64,000 nt of DNA, taken from positions 2,208,001-2,272,000 of the forward strand of contig OZ242318.1 in assembly GCA_965208105.1 (NCBI GenBank), written 5' to 3'. A program made the position numbers and the translations under genes. A model generated the notes under the pieces. That model saw only the letters and a program-made list of their open reading frames with translations, was not told where the DNA came from and ran no database searches. Positions 8,882-17,686 of the stretch are shown piece after piece (position 1 is the first letter of the stretch; every line of letters starts with the position of its first letter). The DNA is from Candidatus Latescibacterota bacterium (GTDB taxonomy: Bacteria > Latescibacterota > UBA2968 > UBA8231).

Positions 8882-9550
8882 TCAGGTTGATTTCTTCGTG
8901 GGGGGGTTCGTCCCGGGCCGGCTGACGGCGACCACCTTGCCCAGGATGCGCAATCCGTCATCGGGCCCGATGGCTCTGGGAGGGTATTCCGGATTTTCGG
9001 ACCGCAGCTCGATGCGTTCGTCGTGGATGAAGAGCCGCTTGACGGTGGAATCTTCACCCAGCAGAGCCACGACGATGTCTCCGCTTTCCGCCACCGGCTG
9101 TTCCCTGACCACGACCAGGTCCCGGTCGTGGATGCCGGCACCTGTCATGCTGTCGCCCTGGACTTCCAGCGCGAAGCAGCGACCGGAGCGGGCGGCGCGG
9201 CTGTCCACCAGGACCTCGCCGACGATATTCTCCTGCGCCAGGACCGGCTGGCCGGCGGCCACCTCGCCGACGATGGGAACGGCCAGCAGGTCGAGCACCT
9301 CATCCACCGGCTCGCGCGCGATGGCGAGGCCGCGGGCCTTTCCCGACTCCCGCCTCAGGTAGCCCTTGCGCACCAGTTGATTGACCTGGTCACGCGCGCT
9401 CGGAGGTGATATCCCCAGGATATCCGCAAGTTCCTGGATGGTCGGAGGAAACCCCTGCCGGCCGATGAAAAGTCCCAGTTCCCGCAGTGTTCGGCGCTGG
9501 GGACCGGTGATTTCCTCAACGCGGGGTCGGCCTCTGGTCGGACCAGTCAT
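8882..9550 (-). CDS. lexA: LexA-family repressor (S24 autopeptidase)
   Basis: wHTH (GFPPTIQELADILGIS), VAAG cleavage site, catalytic GDSM and TVKR; GGAGG RBS before ATG 9550. Confidence 0.9.
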   Translation of the reverse strand: MTGPTRGRPRVEEITGPQRRTLRELGLFIGRQGFPPTIQELADILGISPPSARDQVNQLVRKGYLRRESGKARGLAIAREPVDEVLDLLAVPIVGEVAAGQPVLAQENIVGEVLVDSRAARSGRCFALEVQGDSMTGAGIHDRDLVVVREQPVAESGDIVVALLGEDSTVKRLFIHDERIELRSENPEYPPRAIGPDDGLRILGKVVAVSRPGTNPPTKKST

Positions 9551-9692
9551 GGCAAATCCTCCCTCAAGAGAAATCGCGGTGGGTCGTGGCCATGGATTGC
9601 AAGCAGGGAGCATCTGCCGCACCGGCAGCGAACCAGTAGTGCCGCGAATACGGAGAGCAAGCCTGCTCTCCTTGCCCTGTCTACGGGGAATG

Positions 9693-9721
9693 ACAATAAG
9701 ACCTTTCATATAAAAGGTCAA
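9693..9721 (-). promoter_or_regulatory. Sigma-70 promoter of the lexA cassette with palindromic operator
   Basis: Minus strand TTGACC-N17-TATTGT with an upstream T-tract, overlapped by the inverted repeat GACCTTT-N6-AAAGGTC (9700-9719). Confidence 0.7.
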
Positions 9722-9741
9722 TATAAAAATAAAAAAGGTTG

Positions 9742-9770
9742 GCAGGTTGCGCGCCAGGATTTCGCGGCGC
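9742..9770. repeat. 29-bp exact direct repeat, copy 2 (upstream of lexA promoter)
   Basis: Identical to 6741-6769. Confidence 0.95.
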
Positions 9771-9806
9771 AATTCTTGCCCAATACATGAAGGCGGAAGG
9801 GAAATG

Positions 9807-9838
9807 AAAAGCCCCCGAGAATGCTGTTCTCGGAGGCT
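9807..9838 (-). terminator. Intrinsic terminator after tRNA-Lys
   Basis: AGCCTCCGAGAA-CAGCA-TTCTCGGGGGCT-TTT on the minus strand. Confidence 0.75.
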
Positions 9839-9878
9839 CAAGCTGACCGGAAGGTGCCGCAACGGGCGGGCGGTTTTC

Positions 9879-9954
9879 TGGTGCGCCCACAGGGACTCGA
9901 ACCCCGGACCCGCTGATTAAGAGTCAGCCGCTCTACCAACTGAGCTATAGGCGC
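9879..9954 (-). tRNA. tRNA-Lys (CTT)
   Basis: GCGCCTATAGCTCAGTTGGTAGAGCGGCTGACTCTTAATCAGCGGGTCCGGGGTTCGAGTCCCTGTGGGCGCACCA; cloverleaf, CTT anticodon, encoded CCA. Confidence 0.97.
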
Positions 9955-9975
9955 ACTGCATTTTGAAGGGTCCCG

Positions 9976-10004
9976 AAAATAGCCGAAGATCACCCCATTG
10001 TCAA
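9976..10004 (-). promoter_or_regulatory. Sigma-70 promoter for tRNA-Lys
   Basis: TTGACA-N17-TATTTT on the minus strand. Confidence 0.65.
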
Positions 10005-10071
10005 GAGTCCCCCCGGCTGCGCGGGGCGGCTGGCAACGGCCCCTCGAGCGCTCGGCACGGGCTGCGAACTC

Positions 10072-10100
10072 TTGACATTCATTGCCCCGCACCGTAAAAT
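10072..10100 (+). promoter_or_regulatory. Sigma-70 promoter for TPR-efp-gcvH genes
   Basis: TTGACA-N17-TAAAAT. Confidence 0.75.
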
Positions 10101-10137
10101 AGGCGCCCAAAATCAACTTCAGGCCTCTCCTCCGACC

Positions 10138-11139
10138 ATGGCTTTGAGACTCTCGCAACTGAAAAAGACCTACCGCCGCTATCCCAAATCGATTCTCTTC
10201 GCCCACCTGGCCGATCTCTACCTCCACAAGAACCAGGTATCTCGCGCCCTTTCCTTGTGCAGGGCCGGGTGCGAGCAATTTCCCCACTACGCCACCGGCT
10301 TTACCATTCTGAGCAGGTGTCACCAGGCTCGCGGCGACCTCGAAGAGGCCCGGGCCGCCCAGCAAAGGGCCCTGGACCTGGATCCGGAAAACCCTGGCGG
10401 CCTCGTGCGCCTGGCCGAAATCTTTCATGACCAGGGACGCTCGGCCCAGGCCCTGGAGTCCCTGCAGCAAGCTGCCAGCCTCGCCGATCTCAGCCAGGAG
10501 GCCATGGATCTTATGGACCGGCTGACCTACGCGCAGAGGGTGGAGTCCACCCGCGCCGGAATTGATGGCCTGCTCGACAACGAAACCCAACTCGACGCCC
10601 TGGCTCTCGAGATGGAACGCGAAGAACCGGACGGAGGTGATTCCCGGATTAGGGAACCGGATCCTGCTCCAGAGAGCGCTCCCCCCTCGGCGAACAGTTC
10701 CGACAACGGCACGGCCCCGGGGCCGGATGCGGGAGACCAACCCGAAGCTGCCGACCTGGCGGCCGGCAGTCTCACGGACCCTGTCGAGGAAGGGGATGGA
10801 CATGCCGCCCATCTGGCGGACTCTGCGGAAGAGGCGGACCTGGACTTCCAGGACGGGCAGCTCGCGGACTCTGAAGAGGATGCGGCTTGCGAATCCCCGA
10901 AGCCTGGAGACGACGAACTGCTCCACCTCTTTCAGGAGATCGAAGACCGGGAAGAGGGAGAAATGACGGCGGAGGCCGCCAAGCCGGCGAGCCAGGATCA
11001 CCCCATCCCCACCGCAACCCTGGCGCAAATCTACTCCGACCAGGGTATGGTTCAGCGCGCCGCCGACACCTACAGGCAGGTCCTGGCAAGGGACCCTGGC
11101 AACAAGGAAATCAGGCGCAGGCTGGCCGATTTGGAATGA
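10138..11139 (+). CDS. Tetratricopeptide repeat protein
   Basis: N-terminal TPRs, acidic linker, C-terminal TATLAQIYSDQG TPR. Confidence 0.85.
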   Translation: MALRLSQLKKTYRRYPKSILFAHLADLYLHKNQVSRALSLCRAGCEQFPHYATGFTILSRCHQARGDLEEARAAQQRALDLDPENPGGLVRLAEIFHDQGRSAQALESLQQAASLADLSQEAMDLMDRLTYAQRVESTRAGIDGLLDNETQLDALALEMEREEPDGGDSRIREPDPAPESAPPSANSSDNGTAPGPDAGDQPEAADLAAGSLTDPVEEGDGHAAHLADSAEEADLDFQDGQLADSEEDAACESPKPGDDELLHLFQEIEDREEGEMTAEAAKPASQDHPIPTATLAQIYSDQGMVQRAADTYRQVLARDPGNKEIRRRLADLE

Positions 11140-11163
11140 TCTGACAGGAGAGTTTCACACCAC

Positions 11164-11721
11164 ATGGCGGACACAAGCAACTTCAGAAACGGCTACACCA
11201 TTCGTCTGGGAGCGGCGGTCTATTCCATCTCCGAATTCCAGCACGTGAAACCGGGCAAAGGGGGCGCTTTCGTGCGCACCAAACTCAAGAACGTGCAGAC
11301 CGGCGCCGTCCTCGACCGCACCTTCCGGTCCGGAGAGAAGGTGGAGGAGGTGCGCATAGAGAAGCACGAGATGCAGTTCCTCTACCGCGAGGGAGACCTG
11401 TACTACTTCATGGACAACCAGACCTACGAGCAGCTGCCCGTCGAAGCGGGCCTGGTGGGGGCCTGTTCCGAACTGCTCAAGGAAAACGATACGGCCTTCG
11501 TGCTGCTGGCCGAAAACGAAACCATCGGAGTCGAGTTGCCCAATTTTGTTCAACTTGAGGTCGTCCACACCGAACCCGGGGTCAAGGGCGATACCGCCAC
11601 CGGCGCCGTCAAGCCTGCCACCCTGGAGACCGGGGCCGTGGTCTCGGTCCCCCTCTTTGTCCAGCAGGGAGACACTCTCAAGATCGATACCCGCACGGGC
11701 GAGTACGTTGAACGGGCGTAA
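11164..11721 (+). CDS. efp: Elongation factor P
   Basis: HVKPGKGGAFVR and PGVKGDTA motifs. Confidence 0.97.
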   Translation: MADTSNFRNGYTIRLGAAVYSISEFQHVKPGKGGAFVRTKLKNVQTGAVLDRTFRSGEKVEEVRIEKHEMQFLYREGDLYYFMDNQTYEQLPVEAGLVGACSELLKENDTAFVLLAENETIGVELPNFVQLEVVHTEPGVKGDTATGAVKPATLETGAVVSVPLFVQQGDTLKIDTRTGEYVERA

Positions 11722-11754
11722 CCGCTGCCATTCAGGGTAGAGCGGAGGTATGCA

Positions 11755-12147
11755 ATGAGCGCGACCCACATACCGGAAAATCTGACCTACAGTGAAGAAC
11801 ACGAGTGGATATCTCGTGAAGGCGACATATGCACGGTCGGCATTACCGACTACGCCCAGTCGGAGCTGGGTGACATCGTCTTCGTGGAGCTGCCCGAGGC
11901 GGGCGACTACCTCAAACTGGGACAGACCTTCGGAACCGTAGAAGCCGTCAAGACGGTGTCCGACCTCTTCGCACCCGCATCCGGCGAGGTAGTGGAGGTG
12001 AACCACAGCCTTGAAGAAGATGCCGAGCAGGTCAACTCCGATCCCTACGGAGTTGGGTGGATGATCAAGATCCGCTGCGAGGACGAGGACGAACTGAGCC
12101 AACTGCTGAGCCCCGAGGATTACGCCCAACTGGTCGCCGGGTCCTGA
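11755..12147 (+). CDS. gcvH: Glycine cleavage system H protein
   Basis: HEW, GITDYAQSELGDIVFVELP, EAVKTVSD lipoyl-lysine motif. Confidence 0.97.
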   Translation: MSATHIPENLTYSEEHEWISREGDICTVGITDYAQSELGDIVFVELPEAGDYLKLGQTFGTVEAVKTVSDLFAPASGEVVEVNHSLEEDAEQVNSDPYGVGWMIKIRCEDEDELSQLLSPEDYAQLVAGS

Positions 12148-12283
12148 AAATCCGCCCGGAATCCCCTCCGCAGCTCCGCGATTCTCCTCTTCCCGCCTGC
12201 ATGTGCGATCTTGTTTTCCCGCAATATAATAGGTATAATATTAGCTTTTGTTTCGCTGCGCTCTCCTCACGCGGGTAATTCCC

Positions 12284-12790
12284 ATGCTGTTGAGTAAAAG
12301 CGTACTGGTGCTGAACCAGAACTACGAACCGCTGAACGTCTGCAGCGTGCGCCGCGCCCTGATCCTAATTCTGCGCGGCAAGGCCCAGGCGGTTGAAATT
12401 GCGGAGGAAGTCATCCACTCGGTGAGGCAGAACTTCCCGGTCCCCAGCGTGGTCCGGCTGGAGCGCTACATTCACGCGCCCCGCCGGCGCGTGGTGCTCT
12501 CCAAGCGCAACGTGTTCAAGCGCGACAACTACCAGTGCCAGTATTGCGGGGGAAAAGAGGCCAAATTGACCCTCGATCACGTCGTTCCCCGCAAATTCGG
12601 CGGTCAGTCCACCTGGGAGAACCTGGTCTGCGCCTGTGCCCGCTGCAACAACAAAAAAGGCGAGCACCACCCCGAGTTCGTCGGGCTGAAATTGAGGAGC
12701 AAGCCCAAGCGTCCCAACAACGTGAGCTTCATCCGCAACTTCGTGGGGATCAGGGACCACAACTGGAAGCCCTATCTGTTCGTGGACTGA
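12284..12790 (+). CDS. HNH endonuclease (McrA-like)
   Basis: VLVLNQNYEPL, RDNYQCQYCG, TLDHVVP, WENLVCACARCNNKKG. Confidence 0.92.
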   Translation: MLLSKSVLVLNQNYEPLNVCSVRRALILILRGKAQAVEIAEEVIHSVRQNFPVPSVVRLERYIHAPRRRVVLSKRNVFKRDNYQCQYCGGKEAKLTLDHVVPRKFGGQSTWENLVCACARCNNKKGEHHPEFVGLKLRSKPKRPNNVSFIRNFVGIRDHNWKPYLFVD

Positions 12791-12802
12791 GGAGAGGTTT
12801 GA

Positions 12803-13570
12803 ATGGAGCATACCTTGGAGGAACGAGCCCCATACGAGATTAAACTCGAGGTCTTCGAGGGGCCACTCGACCTGCTGCTCTATCTCATCCGCAAGGACGA
12901 GCTCGATATTTACGACATACCCATAGCCCGCATCACGGCGCAGTATCTCGGATTTCTGGGACAGATCCACCGCCTCGACCTGGAGCAGGCCGGGGACTTC
13001 GTTCTGATGGCTGCGACCTTGATGAAGATAAAGGCGCAGCTACTGCTGCCGCGCCCCGAGACCGCGGACGAAGAAGGGGGCGAGGACCCCCGCGCCGAGT
13101 TGGTCCGCCGGCTGCTGGAGTACCAGCAGTTCAAGGAAATCGCCGACTGGCTGGGCATTCAAAAACAGGCCCGGCGCGGCATCTACCTGCACCGGAGCCA
13201 GGCACAGCCGACCGGAGAAGAAGGTGCGGGCCTTCGCCCGGTGTCTCTCTTCGAGCTCCTGAGTGTCTACAAGCAGGTGCTGGAGGCGGTCCCGGACGTG
13301 CTCGTTCACCGCATTGTCGAAGCGGAGGTCTCGACCGAGGAATGCATCGAGCGCGTCCTGGCCTTGCTGGAGCGGCGCTCCCGCCTGCGCTTTCTCGACC
13401 TGATTCAGGGAAGGGGCCGGGAGACTCTGATCGCCACCTTCATCGGCCTGCTGGAACTGCTCAAGTCGCAGCGAGTCCGGGTCCAGCAGGCGCGGCCCTT
13501 CGATGACATCTGGATCGAAAGACAGGCCGGATTATCCGTTGCCCGGGAAGAAGGCGGGAGAACGACTTGA
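12803..13570 (+). CDS. scpA: Segregation/condensation protein A
   Basis: FEGPLDLLLYLI, DPRAELVRRLLEY, TFIGLLEL. Confidence 0.95.
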   Translation: MEHTLEERAPYEIKLEVFEGPLDLLLYLIRKDELDIYDIPIARITAQYLGFLGQIHRLDLEQAGDFVLMAATLMKIKAQLLLPRPETADEEGGEDPRAELVRRLLEYQQFKEIADWLGIQKQARRGIYLHRSQAQPTGEEGAGLRPVSLFELLSVYKQVLEAVPDVLVHRIVEAEVSTEECIERVLALLERRSRLRFLDLIQGRGRETLIATFIGLLELLKSQRVRVQQARPFDDIWIERQAGLSVAREEGGRTT

Positions 13571-14226
13571 CAGCCCCTGCCGTCGAAGCTGATCAGGTCC
13601 GGTCCGTCATCGAGGCGGTCTTGATGAGCGCCGAGAACCCGGTAAGCCCGGGCAAGCTGGCCGCGCTCTTCGACGGGGTCGACGGAAGGGACGTGCGCGC
13701 CGCCATCGACGCCCTCAAAAGTCGCTACGAAGAGGGCGGGCACGCATTTACGATCGTCGAACTCGCGGGCGGCTTCCAATTGGCCACGCGCAAGGAATAC
13801 GGAGCCTGGGTGCGCAAGTATCACAGGGGCCGCAACCAAGAGGTCCGGCTCTCTCAAGCAGGTCTCGAGACCCTGGCCATCGTGGCATACAAACAGCCCA
13901 TTACCCGCATCGAGGTGGATCATATCCGGGGAGTACACTCCGGAGGGGTTATTCACACTCTGATGGAACACAACCTGGTGCGCCTCGTCGGCCGTTCCGA
14001 CGGCATCGGCAGGCCCATGCTCTTCGGCACGACAAGGGAGTTTCTCGCACACTTTGGCCTCAAGAGCCTGGCAGACCTTCCCAAGCCGAAGGAATTGGAG
14101 GAACTCCTCGGCGGCGGCGAGGGCAGGGTCCTGGAGCAACTGGGTCTCGACCTGCCCCAACAAGAGGACCTTTCTGCGCCCGGCGAGGCTGAAAATGACG
14201 GCGGCATGGAAAATGAAACCGGATAA
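13567..14226 (+). CDS. scpB: Segregation/condensation protein B
   Basis: LSQAGLETLAIVAYKQPITR, GRPMLFGTT. Confidence 0.95.
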   Translation: MTAPAVEADQVRSVIEAVLMSAENPVSPGKLAALFDGVDGRDVRAAIDALKSRYEEGGHAFTIVELAGGFQLATRKEYGAWVRKYHRGRNQEVRLSQAGLETLAIVAYKQPITRIEVDHIRGVHSGGVIHTLMEHNLVRLVGRSDGIGRPMLFGTTREFLAHFGLKSLADLPKPKELEELLGGGEGRVLEQLGLDLPQQEDLSAPGEAENDGGMENETG

Positions 14227-15001
14227 TTCCACGGCGCCGCCCATGCGTCTGAACCGCTATTTGGCGCGAGCCGGAGTCGCCTCCAGGAGAAAGAGCGACG
14301 ACCTGATTCGCAGCGGCACCGTGGCAGTCAACGGAAACGTCGTGGAGGAGCCGGGCCACAGCATCGTCGACGGCTGGGACCACGTCGCCGTTGACGGCCG
14401 CCCGGTCGTCCTTCCGGCCTCCTTCGAGTACATCGCCATGCACAAGCCGGCCTCGTGCCTGACCACCCGCCGCGATGAACGCGGTCGTCCCACGGTCTTC
14501 GAGTATCTCGACGGCCTGCGCCCGGGCACCGTGACCGTGGGCAGGCTCGACCTCGACACCACGGGGCTCCTTCTGCTTACCGACGACGGAGAGCTCGCCT
14601 ATCGCCTCATGCATCCCCGCTTCAAGGTGGAGAAGCATTACGAGGCATTGGTCGAAGGGGTTCCGACGGATGATGCTCTGAAGCATCTGCGCCGCGGCAT
14701 CCGGCTGGATGACGGAATGACCGCCCCCGCCCAGGTGCGGGTGCTCCGGCGCCGGCACGGTCTCAGCGGCATGGAGACGCGGCTCGAACTCTGTATCCGG
14801 GAAGGCCGCAAGCGCCAGGTCAAGCGCATGTTCAAGGCGCTGGGCCACCCGGTCGTGGAACTGGCGCGAACCCGGTTCGCGGGCCTCGCCCTGGACGGGC
14901 TCGAGGCCGGACGCTGGCGGCGCCTCAAGGCCGGTGAAATACGGCACCTGCGTTCCCTTGTGGGCCTGGAAGTAACGCAATGCGACGCCCGGGGGGCCTG
15001 A
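14213..15001 (+). CDS. rluB: rRNA pseudouridine synthase (RluB/RsuA family)
   Basis: S4 domain RLNRYLARAGVASRR, GRLDLDTTGLLLLTDDG, EGRKRQVKRM; follows scpB. Confidence 0.88.
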   Translation: MKPDNSTAPPMRLNRYLARAGVASRRKSDDLIRSGTVAVNGNVVEEPGHSIVDGWDHVAVDGRPVVLPASFEYIAMHKPASCLTTRRDERGRPTVFEYLDGLRPGTVTVGRLDLDTTGLLLLTDDGELAYRLMHPRFKVEKHYEALVEGVPTDDALKHLRRGIRLDDGMTAPAQVRVLRRRHGLSGMETRLELCIREGRKRQVKRMFKALGHPVVELARTRFAGLALDGLEAGRWRRLKAGEIRHLRSLVGLEVTQCDARGA

Positions 15002-15660
15002 CCATTGCCATAGACGGCGTCGTCGGAGTGGGTAAGACCACCACGGCGCGGCAGGTTGCCGCCGCCCTGGGCTACAGTCATATGGACACCGGTGCCATGT
15101 ACCGGGCGGTAACCCTGGCCGCCATGCGCAGGGACATAGCCGCCGACCAGGAGGAAGCCCTCGGCGGCCTCCTCGCAAGCCTGAGCATCGAGCTGCAACC
15201 GCGCGGCGAGTGCAGCCGCGTCCTCCTCAACGGCGAGGACATCAGCTCGGCCATCCGCCAACCAGAGGTGACCCGGCGGGTGGGACCCTACGCCGACGCC
15301 CCCGTCGTGCGCCGCGCCCTCGTAGCCCAGCAACGGAGAATGGGCGACCAGGGCGGGGTGGTAGCCGAAGGCCGCGACATGGGCAGCGTCGTCTTTCCCG
15401 AGGCCGAGCTCAAGGTACTGATGGTCGCCGACTTGGAGGAACGCGCGCGCCGGCGTCACCGGGAATTAAGTGAAAAGGGGGTGAAACTCTCTCTGGAGCA
15501 AGTCAAGTCAAGTATCCGCGCGCGCGACCGCGCCGACAGCGCGCGCGATTACGGCGCCGAGCACGACCCGGACGAGACCATCGAGCTCGACACCACCCAC
15601 CTGACGATGGAGGAGCAGGTCGGCCGCATCGTCTGCTGGGCGCGCGAACGCGGCGCTTGA
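14980..15660 (+). CDS. cmk: Cytidylate kinase
   Basis: IAIDG..GVGKTT, DTGAMYR, EGRDMG. Confidence 0.95.
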   Translation: MRRPGGLTIAIDGVVGVGKTTTARQVAAALGYSHMDTGAMYRAVTLAAMRRDIAADQEEALGGLLASLSIELQPRGECSRVLLNGEDISSAIRQPEVTRRVGPYADAPVVRRALVAQQRRMGDQGGVVAEGRDMGSVVFPEAELKVLMVADLEERARRRHRELSEKGVKLSLEQVKSSIRARDRADSARDYGAEHDPDETIELDTTHLTMEEQVGRIVCWARERGA

Positions 15661-15703
15661 AACGGCAATTCAATCGCGAAACCCACACCATAAGGAACCG
15701 ACA

Positions 15704-17536
15704 ATGACGGAAAAATCTCCCCCCGAGGAAGAAGTGGTGTACGGCAATGTCCGAGCCGAGGAGCTCGACGCCCCCGAGTACACCGAGGAGCAGATGAACG
15801 AATTCATGGCTCTCTACGAGGAGAGTATCTCCGGGATCGAGGAGGGCCAGATTGTAAAGGGCAACATCGCCTCCGTAGGGCCCAGCGAAATCCTGGTTGA
15901 CATCGGCTTCAAATCGGAGGGCATCGTCCCCATCAAGGAGTTCAGCGATCCCGAAAACATCGAAATCGGCCAGGAAATCGAAGTCTTTCTCGAGGACATA
16001 GAGGACCAGGAGGGCCAGGTCATCCTGTCCAAGCAGAAAGCCGATTTCATGCGCGTCTGGGACAATATCAAGGAAGCCCACGATACCGGGTCGACTGTCA
16101 CCGGCAAGCTGCAGCGGCGCATCAAGGGCGGAATCGTCGTCGATCTGTTCGGAGTAGACGCCTTTCTGCCCGGGTCCCAGATCGACATTCGCCAGGTCAA
16201 GAACTTCGACCAGTTCATCGGACAGGAGTTTCCCTTCAAGATCATCAAGCTCAACAAGGCGCGGCGCAATATCGTCGTCTCGCGCCGCGCCGTGCTCGAA
16301 GAAGAACGCGAGCGCATGCGCAAGGAGATCATCAAGGAGCTCGAGGAGGGCCAGGTGCGCGAGGGCGTGGTCAAGAACATCACCGACTTCGGCGCGTTCA
16401 TCGACCTGGGCGGCGTGGACGGCCTCCTCCACATTACCGACATGTCCTGGGGCCGGGTCGGCCATCCTACCGAACTGGTCGGCATCGGCGACCGCATCAG
16501 GGTGAGGGTGCTCAACTACGATCGCGAGCGCGAGCGCATCTCCCTGGGTCTCAAGCAGCTCACCGCCCATCCCTGGGAAAACGTCGAGCAGAAGTATCCG
16601 GTGGACACCCAGACCCGGGGCAAGGTGGTGAGCATCACCGACTACGGCGCCTTCGTGGAGCTGGAAGAAGGTATCGAAGGCCTGGTCCACATCTCCGAGA
16701 TGTCCTGGACCCAGCACATTCGCCACCCCTCCAAACTGGTAGCCATCGGCGATGCCGTCGAGGTCATGGTGCTCAAGATCGACAAGGAGCACCAGAAGAT
16801 CTCCCTGGGTATGAAGCAGACCGACCCCGACCCCTGGGAGAGTCTCAACGAGAGATATCCCGAGGGCACGCGCCTGGAAGGAACGGTCCGCAGCCTGACC
16901 AATTTCGGCGTCTTCGTGGAGATCGAGGAGAACATCGACGGGCTGGTGCACATCTCCGACATGTCGTGGACGAGGCGCGTGCGCCAGGCCAGCGAGATGT
17001 TCAAGAAAGGCGACCTTATTCCGGTGGTCGTCACCGAGATCGACAAGAAAAGGCGCCGCATCTCGCTGAGCCACAAGCTCGCCTTCGAGAACCCTTGGCC
17101 CCGCCTGTCAGAGCAGTACGCCGTGGGCACGGAGACCACGGGCACGGTTTCCCGGCTGCTCGAGCGCGGAGTCGTCGTTTGTCTCGAGGATGAGGTGGAC
17201 GGCTTCGTCCCCCTTTCCCAACTGGCGATCGAAGAGCTCAAGTCTCCGCGGCAGAGCTTCGAGGAGGGACAGGAGCTGCCGCTCAAGGTGATCGAGGTGG
17301 ACGAGGACCAGAAAAAGATCGTCCTCAGCGTCCGCGAGTACCTCAAGGACAAGGATCAGGCCGAGTTCAACGCCTACCTGGAGAGCCATCCCGTCAAGGC
17401 AGTGACCATCGGCGAGGTCGTTGCCGACCAGGACGAGGAAATGGAAAGTTGGGGCGACTCCGCGGAGAACCCCGGTGAGAAGGCGGAAAGGGAATCCGGC
17501 GCTGGCGACGGCGAGGAGGCAGGTGGGGAGAAATAG
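15704..17536 (+). CDS. rpsA: 30S ribosomal protein S1
   Basis: Six S1 repeats, AFLPGSQ, DGLLHITDMSW; follows cmk. Confidence 0.97.
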   Translation: MTEKSPPEEEVVYGNVRAEELDAPEYTEEQMNEFMALYEESISGIEEGQIVKGNIASVGPSEILVDIGFKSEGIVPIKEFSDPENIEIGQEIEVFLEDIEDQEGQVILSKQKADFMRVWDNIKEAHDTGSTVTGKLQRRIKGGIVVDLFGVDAFLPGSQIDIRQVKNFDQFIGQEFPFKIIKLNKARRNIVVSRRAVLEEERERMRKEIIKELEEGQVREGVVKNITDFGAFIDLGGVDGLLHITDMSWGRVGHPTELVGIGDRIRVRVLNYDRERERISLGLKQLTAHPWENVEQKYPVDTQTRGKVVSITDYGAFVELEEGIEGLVHISEMSWTQHIRHPSKLVAIGDAVEVMVLKIDKEHQKISLGMKQTDPDPWESLNERYPEGTRLEGTVRSLTNFGVFVEIEENIDGLVHISDMSWTRRVRQASEMFKKGDLIPVVVTEIDKKRRRISLSHKLAFENPWPRLSEQYAVGTETTGTVSRLLERGVVVCLEDEVDGFVPLSQLAIEELKSPRQSFEEGQELPLKVIEVDEDQKKIVLSVREYLKDKDQAEFNAYLESHPVKAVTIGEVVADQDEEMESWGDSAENPGEKAERESGAGDGEEAGGEK

Positions 17537-17686
17537 CCTCATACCCCAAAATCCTCGGCAGCATTTCCCACACGGCCCGGGTCCTTCCCCTGTGCTACCC
17601 GGATCAGTCCTGTACGGACGGGATTGAAGTTGAGTCGATGACGATTTTTTCCTGAGGACGCAACATTCCGTCCATCCGCAAAGACC

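Noticed and set aside
9551-9862. 104-aa N-terminal extension of LexA shown in the ORF track
   Set aside because: The region contains the terminator, promoter and operator; a good RBS precedes ATG 9550.
9838-11028. 396-aa minus-strand ORF
   Set aside because: Antisense to the TPR gene and runs through the tRNA; a shadow ORF.
12284-12790. HNH nuclease next to scpAB as a Wadjet-like defence system
   Set aside because: scpA/scpB are housekeeping type within the rluB-cmk-rpsA context, with no SMC/JetC or Toprim JetD gene; this HNH family is common.
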